From: Dehalococcoidia bacterium
GTDB lineage: Bacteria; Chloroflexota; Dehalococcoidia; Lucifugimonadales; VXLM01
NCBI GenBank assembly: GCA_965197705.1
Contig: OZ240223.1
Coordinates: 1,796,975-1,820,974, forward strand
DNA length: 24,000 bases
Reading direction: 5' to 3'
The notes beneath the pieces were generated by a model. That model made no database searches, had not been told where the DNA came from, and saw nothing but the letters and a program-made list of their open reading frames with translations. Every line of letters begins with the position of its first letter. Position 1 is the stretch's first letter. The position numbers and the translations under genes were made by a program. Of this stretch, positions 18,069-24,000 are shown one piece after another.

Positions 18069-18089
18069 TAGGGTAGAAGGACAGCGAGG

Positions 18090-19768
<1,679 letters not shown>

Positions 19769-19772
<4 letters not shown>

Positions 19773-20077
19773 TTCCCGCGGTCGAGGAGCGAGCAGACGA
19801 GCTGGAACGTCTCTGTCTCATCTACGGCGTGCGATGGCTTGACCTGTTCGGGTCGGCCTCAACGGGTCTGTATAATTCGGATGAGAGCGACTTGGACTTC
19901 CTTGTCGAGTTCCAACCGGCGGCCCTCAATGCCTATGCGGACGCTTACTTTGGCCTGCTGGAAGCTCTCGTCAGACTCTTCGAGCGGCCTGTAGACCTCA
20001 TTGTGGAGTCGGCCATCAAGAATCCCTACTTCCTCCAGTCGGTGGAGCAGACAAGGACTCCCATCTATGAGGCTTGA
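19769..20077 (+). CDS. mntA: MNT-domain minimal nucleotidyltransferase (MntA-like antitoxin)
   Basis: [28 protein letters not shown] has the GS-x(n)-DxD nucleotidyltransferase signature. Start overlaps the hsdM stop (ATGA). Confidence 0.87.
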
Positions 20078-20351
20078 GGCTCAGAAGTACCTATATGACA
20101 TCCAGCGTGCCGCCGGTTTGATACGAGAGTTCACCGACGGCAAGACGTTTGCGGACTACGAAGGCAACGCCATGCTGAGATCGGCCGTGGAGCGCCAATT
20201 CGAGGTCATCGGCGAGGCGATGGCCCAGCTTGCCAGGACCGATGAGCCGGTGGCTGACCGAATCAGCCAATATCAACGCATCATCGCCTTCCGCAATGTG
20301 CTGATTCATGGGTACGCCGATGTGGACGACCGGCTGGTGTGGGACGTGTGA
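20067..20351 (+). CDS. hepT: HEPN-domain protein (HepT-like toxin), C-terminally truncated by an apparent 2-bp frameshift
   Basis: [22 protein letters not shown]...ERQFEVIGEAMAQLAR...YQRIIAFRNVLIHGYADVDDRLVW with RNVLIH matching the RX4-6H motif. Starts inside the end of mntA. The track's start at 20001 is upstream of the conserved N-terminus. Confidence 0.87.
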   Translation: MRLEAQKYLYDIQRAAGLIREFTDGKTFADYEGNAMLRSAVERQFEVIGEAMAQLARTDEPVADRISQYQRIIAFRNVLIHGYADVDDRLVWDV

Positions 20352-20415
20352 TCCATACCAACCTCCCCAGCCTCTGTCGAGACGTTGATACTCTGTTGAG
20401 GGAGAAATAACCACG

Positions 20416-20580
20416 GACCCGCAGCCCGACGACGGCATCCCCTTCGAGGACAAGATGTCCCGCCTCGCCACCCAATGGCGCGAGCAGCAGACCGAGGCGC
20501 AGCAACTTGACGCAGCCATTGAAGAGAACCTCAGGGACCTAGGGTTCGGTTCAAACTTAGGCGATACAAGCTCCAAGTGA
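20416..20580 (+). pseudogene. Remnant of an hsdM 3' end (second copy)
   Basis: In-frame translation [54 protein letters not shown] parallels the HsdM C-terminus [51 protein letters not shown]. Confidence 0.88.
20419..20490 (+). repeat. 72-bp exact direct repeat, copy 2
   Basis: Identical to 19617-19688, offset 802 bp; the pair brackets mntA-hepT. Confidence 0.92.
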
Positions 20581-20653
20581 GCTGTGAGTGTCTAACTGAA
20601 GAGTGTGATGTCAATTGCAGAACCTAGGGGCTTGTACGGGATAGGGCGAGAAC

Positions 20654-21997
20654 ATGACGGTGGGTAACTTCATGGAGCAGGTTGAAACAGTTTACGGTTT
20701 GGTCTCTTCTAGACTTGCTGAGGCCTCTTTAGGGAGCCTATGCGACAATCGTGATGGCATCCAAACAGGGCCTTTTGGGAGTCAACTCCACCAACGGGAT
20801 TATGTCGAAGAAGGGACGCCCATCATAACTGTGGAGCATCTAGGCGAGAATCGCATCACTCAAGAAAATATGCCGTTCGTTTCGGACCACGATAGGCAAA
20901 GGTTGCAGCGATATACCCTCCGTGAAGGCGACATCGTCTTTAGTCGTGTCGGCTCAGTTGACCGACGTGCCCTTGTAAGGCAAGCAGAAGACGGGTGGCT
21001 ATTCTCGGGACGTTGTTTGCGAATGAGACCGGACGACAGCAAGATCGACCCTACCTACTTGTCTTATTTCTTCGGGTTGCCGGCTTTCAAGGAATACATC
21101 AGATCCATTGCGGTGGGCGCAACGATGCCGTCTCTGAACACTAGGATAGTGAGCGACGTATCGATCCTTTATCCTCCCCTGCCCCAACAGCGCGCCATCG
21201 CCCACGTCCTCGGCACACTCGACGACAAGATCGAGCTAAACCGCCGGATGAACGAGACGCTGGAGGAGATGGCGCGGGCGCTCTTCAAGTCGTGGTTCGT
21301 AGATTTCGACCCGGTTCGCGCCAAGTTGGAGAGCCGCTGGCGCCGCGGCGAGTCCCTCCCCGGCCTCCCCACTGACCTCTACGACCTCTTCCCCGACCGT
21401 CTGGTTCCCTCCGAGCTTGGGGAAATCCCGGAGGGGTGGGAGATTGGGACTGTCGGGGATGTTGCAGAACAGCGCAGAGACGGAGTGAGTCCAGAATTAC
21501 TTGACCAGGATACTCCGTACATTGCGCTTGAACACATGCCCAAGCGCTGCATTGCGCTTGGGGACTGGGGTTCGGCTGATGGCCTAGCCAGTAGTAAATT
21601 CAGATTTGAACAAGGCGACATCCTGTTCGGGAAGTTGCGTCCCTATTTTCACAAGGTCGGCATCGCTCCGTTGAATGGGGTATGCTCAACAGACATCGTT
21701 GTGATATCACCACAAGAGAATAGCTGGTTCGGTTTCGTCCTCGGCCATGTATCGAGTTCGGCCTTCGTGGACTACACGGATGCGGCTTCGACAGGAACCA
21801 AAATGCCTCGAACCAAGTGGGCGGACATGGCTCTGTACAAAGTTGCTCTACCGGACTCAGCGGTGACCAAAGCCTTCGACGCAATGATTAAGCCGTCGGT
21901 TACGGGCATTCTGTCGACAATCCATGAATCCCACTCCTTAGCTGCCCAGCGGGATGCACTGCTACCGAAGCTGGTGTCGGGGGAGGTGGGAGTATGA
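20654..21997 (+). CDS. hsdS: Type I restriction-modification system specificity subunit
   Basis: Two target-recognition regions separated by the conserved helix PLPQQRAIAHVLGTLDDKIELNRRMNETLEEMARALFKSWFVDFDPVRAK, then LVPSELGEIPEGWEIGTVGDV and a C-terminal AQRDALLPKLVSGEV. Confidence 0.94.
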   Translation: MTVGNFMEQVETVYGLVSSRLAEASLGSLCDNRDGIQTGPFGSQLHQRDYVEEGTPIITVEHLGENRITQENMPFVSDHDRQRLQRYTLREGDIVFSRVGSVDRRALVRQAEDGWLFSGRCLRMRPDDSKIDPTYLSYFFGLPAFKEYIRSIAVGATMPSLNTRIVSDVSILYPPLPQQRAIAHVLGTLDDKIELNRRMNETLEEMARALFKSWFVDFDPVRAKLESRWRRGESLPGLPTDLYDLFPDRLVPSELGEIPEGWEIGTVGDVAEQRRDGVSPELLDQDTPYIALEHMPKRCIALGDWGSADGLASSKFRFEQGDILFGKLRPYFHKVGIAPLNGVCSTDIVVISPQENSWFGFVLGHVSSSAFVDYTDAASTGTKMPRTKWADMALYKVALPDSAVTKAFDAMIKPSVTGILSTIHESHSLAAQRDALLPKLVSGEVGV

Positions 21998-22815
21998 GGA
22001 AGATGGACCTTGTGGGAATTCGCGCAAAGCTCCTCCGAGCAGAGCATCAATTGAAACAGATCAAAAGTGAAGCGAATGGGCTTTGCTCGGACGTGCAGCA
22101 CGGCATTGTTAGAGAAGTGCGCCCGGACGTTGACAAACAGGTCTGGGTGTATCGTGGTGAGACGCCTAATGCCCCTATTAGGTGGTCAGTGATCATTGGC
22201 GAAATCCTGTACAACTTGCGCTCCGCTCTCGATCACCTAGTCTGGCAGTTAGTGCTCGCCAATGGACAAACTCCGGGACGCCATAACGCATTTCCAATCA
22301 CCAATGACGCTCAGGGTTGGGAGAAGACTAAGGATAATCTTCTAAACGGTGTCAGTTCAAGACATAAGTCCATGATTGGTTATCTACAACCATATACCGG
22401 AGGAATTAATCTCCCCTTCGATGTTTCCAAGTTCAAGCTCCTAGACGACCTCAGCAACATAGAAAAACACCGATATCTGATTGTAGCGTTCATAGCTTCT
22501 ATGGGACCTGCTAACGATGGAATCCTTGGGATCGACCCACCCGAGCTAGTTGATTCGAGCGTAGGAGCGCCATTCGAAGGATTAGCTAGGTTGGGGAAGA
22601 TTGAGAATGGCAAAGAACTGCTCGAATTCAACAATTCACACATAGAGGTCAGTAGCCCTTCCTTTCAAATCGCCCTCTGCTTCGCAGATAAAGAATTGAT
22701 GTATAGCTCTGCCCCAAATATCCTGGCGCAGTGTCTGCGCACGGTTAGAGGATCTATAGACTTTCTCACGACTCCTATGAGTAGTGGCTTTGTGGAAGCA
22801 CCAGGCAGAACTTGA
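21994..22815 (+). CDS. Uncharacterised 273-aa protein coupled to hsdS
   Basis: Complete ORF overlapping the hsdS stop (ATGA). Contains IRWSVIIGEILYNLRSALDHLVWQLVLANG, FPITNDAQGW, KFKLLDDLSNIEKHRYLIVAF; no family identified from sequence alone. Confidence 0.75.
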   Translation: MRKMDLVGIRAKLLRAEHQLKQIKSEANGLCSDVQHGIVREVRPDVDKQVWVYRGETPNAPIRWSVIIGEILYNLRSALDHLVWQLVLANGQTPGRHNAFPITNDAQGWEKTKDNLLNGVSSRHKSMIGYLQPYTGGINLPFDVSKFKLLDDLSNIEKHRYLIVAFIASMGPANDGILGIDPPELVDSSVGAPFEGLARLGKIENGKELLEFNNSHIEVSSPSFQIALCFADKELMYSSAPNILAQCLRTVRGSIDFLTTPMSSGFVEAPGRT

Positions 22816-22883
22816 CTACCCTCACCGAAGCCGACGTTGAGGAGGTCACCCTCGAGTGGCTGGCGCACGGTCGGACCATCGCC
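22812..22883 (+). pseudogene. Remnant of an hsdR 5' end
   Basis: TTG start with MTTLTEADVEEVTLEWLAHGRTIA closely parallels the N-terminus at 23930 (MTSITEAVVEEAALAWLADLGWSV). Not followed by a restriction subunit; this frame closes at 23033. Confidence 0.65.
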
Positions 22884-22971
22884 ACAACCTTACGATCAGA
22901 CGCTCCATTAGGTTGCAATCTGACGCACCCTAACATTGCAATTGGCCGAAGCATAAGGTTGCAATCGGACG

Positions 22972-23181
22972 ATGCAGCCGACTCCGCCATATTCCCGCTA
23001 TGCCGAAGGGCCGCTGGTGGAATCTCTGGCTGACTCCCCGGCGGTGCTCATCCACGGGCCCCGTGAGTCCGGCAAGACCACACTGGCCCGTGTCGTAGGA
23101 GATCCTCGGGGATACGACTACATCAGTTTTGACGACGACATCGCCCGGACCGCTGCCACCTTGCGTACCCGTCCGTTATAG
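22972..23181 (+). pseudogene. N-terminal fragment of an AAA-superfamily ATPase (AAA_14/DUF4143-type)
   Basis: RYAEGPLVESLADSPAVLIHGPRESGKTTLARVVGDPRGYDYISFDDDIARTAATLRTRPL*: Walker A GPRESGKT followed by a premature end after about 70 aa, with no remainder downstream. Confidence 0.75.
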
Positions 23182-23199
23182 TCTAATGTAGACTATAAC
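23175..23199. promoter_or_regulatory. 25-bp perfect dyad, probable operator/promoter element of the downstream toxin-antitoxin operon
   Basis: GTTATAGTCTA-atg-TAGACTATAAC, 11-bp perfect arms, ending 8 bp before the GGAGGG ribosome-binding site. Confidence 0.7.
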
Positions 23200-23220
23200 A
23201 GTTCATTGGAGGGCCAGATC

Positions 23221-23517
23221 GTGGTTGTCTCCGAACCCCGCCGCGTGTGGACGGTTGCCGAGGCGAAGGCGAAGCTGTCGGAAGTCCTGCGTCTCGCCGA
23301 GACGGAGGGTCCTCAGCGGATTGGCGCGCGGAAGCACTTCGTCGTCATGCCCGAGAGTATGTGGCGTGCCCATGCGCCGGAGCGCAAGCCCCTCGGCCGG
23401 TGGCTCATCGAGGACATGTCGCGCGGGACCAACCTCGAAATCCCCGATCGGGGTGGCGACTCCCGTCGCGAGATACCGTTCGCGGATTGGGATGACGACA
23501 ACCGGGACGACAAATGA
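23221..23517 (+). CDS. Phd/YefM-family antitoxin
   Basis: VVVSEPRRVWTVAEAKAKLSEVLRLAETEGPQRIGARKHFVVMPESMWRAH, typical Phd/YefM fold sequence. GTG at 23221 preferred because GGAGGG lies 7 nt upstream; the track starts at TTG 23206. Confidence 0.85.
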   Translation: MVVSEPRRVWTVAEAKAKLSEVLRLAETEGPQRIGARKHFVVMPESMWRAHAPERKPLGRWLIEDMSRGTNLEIPDRGGDSRREIPFADWDDDNRDDK

Positions 23518-23933
23518 CCGGATTCCTTCTCGACACGAACGTGGTGTCCGAGATGACCAAGAGTCACCCCAGCCCCCCGGTTATCGCATTTCTCGAGCAG
23601 CCGTCTGATCTGTGGCTGGCGTCAATGGTAGTGCACGAATTGGAGTTCGGATTGCGGCTCGTGCCTGCGGGACAGCGTCGAGAGCGGCTGCGAGCCGATC
23701 TGTCACGGCTCCTCACTGGCTACGCCGACCGCATACTCCCGATCGATGAGGCCGCCGCGTTGTGGGCGGCACGATTTCGGGCGAACGCCATCCGCTCAGG
23801 GCGTCCCCCCGATCTGATCGACATTCTCATCGCGGGGACGGCTAAAGCCCATGATTTGACGGTTGCCACGCGCAATGTCAGGGACTTCGAGGGACTGGGA
23901 GTTGATGTCGTCAACCCTTGGAACCCCCATTGA
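23514..23933 (+). CDS. vapC: PIN-domain ribonuclease toxin (VapC/FitB-like)
   Basis: MTGFLLDTNVVSEMTKSHPS, VVHELEFGLRLV, DLIDILIAGTAKAHDLTVATRNVRDFEGLGVDVVNPW with the acidic PIN residues. ATGA overlap with the antitoxin gene. Confidence 0.92.
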   Translation: MTGFLLDTNVVSEMTKSHPSPPVIAFLEQPSDLWLASMVVHELEFGLRLVPAGQRRERLRADLSRLLTGYADRILPIDEAAALWAARFRANAIRSGRPPDLIDILIAGTAKAHDLTVATRNVRDFEGLGVDVVNPWNPH

Positions 23934-24000
23934 CCTCCATCACCGAAGCCGTCGTTGAAGAGGCCGCTCTAGCATGGCTTGCAGACCTCGGCTGGAGCGT
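23930..24000 (+). CDS. hsdR: 5' end of type I restriction subunit, continues beyond window
   Basis: TTG start overlapping the vapC stop (TTGA). MTSITEAVVEEAALAWLADLGWSV matches a typical HsdR N-terminus. Confidence 0.75.
   Translation, partial: MTSITEAVVEEAALAWLADLGWS

Noticed and set aside
22904-22970. Repeated ggttgcaatc-g/t-gacg motifs as a possible short repeat array
   Set aside because: Only two clear copies and one degenerate one, with irregular spacing; too little for a CRISPR or iteron call.
22812-23033. 73-aa ORF as a genuine small protein
   Set aside because: Its first 24 residues look like an HsdR N-terminus and the remainder (TTLRSDAPLGCNLTHPNIAIG...) is unlike any domain, better explained as a remnant.

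Overview
This 24 kb window reads as a bacterial chromosome segment. Gene content and the lack of peptidoglycan genes around ftsA/ftsZ suggest a Chloroflexota/Dehalococcoidia-like organism (inference). Positions 1-16.6 kb are mostly housekeeping: a substrate-binding protein (minus strand, runs off the left edge), an FAD-dependent DAO-family oxidoreductase, leuB, a convergent isopropylmalate/isocitrate dehydrogenase paralog, rplS, trmD, a mogA/moaB-like gene, rsmH-ftsA-ftsZ, nrdR, a B12-dependent class II ribonucleotide reductase, pdxA, proC and yggT. From 16.6 kb onward it is an accessory island. It starts with an IS630-family element that has inverted termini and an A8 slippery frameshift site. 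It continues with a type I restriction-modification operon, hsdM ... hsdS ... hsdR (the last truncated by the window end). This operon is interrupted at its gene junctions by an MNT/HEPN pair, an uncharacterised 273-aa gene coupled to hsdS, a fragmentary AAA ATPase and a Phd/YefM-PIN toxin-antitoxin pair. Partial copies of hsdM 3' sequence and hsdR 5' sequence flank the inserted modules. Small palindromic repeats appear inserted in frame inside both the transposase and HsdM. Most of the interest is in this mosaic island. It does not contain a demonstrably new system; the strongest new-gene candidate is the 21994..22815 ORF.
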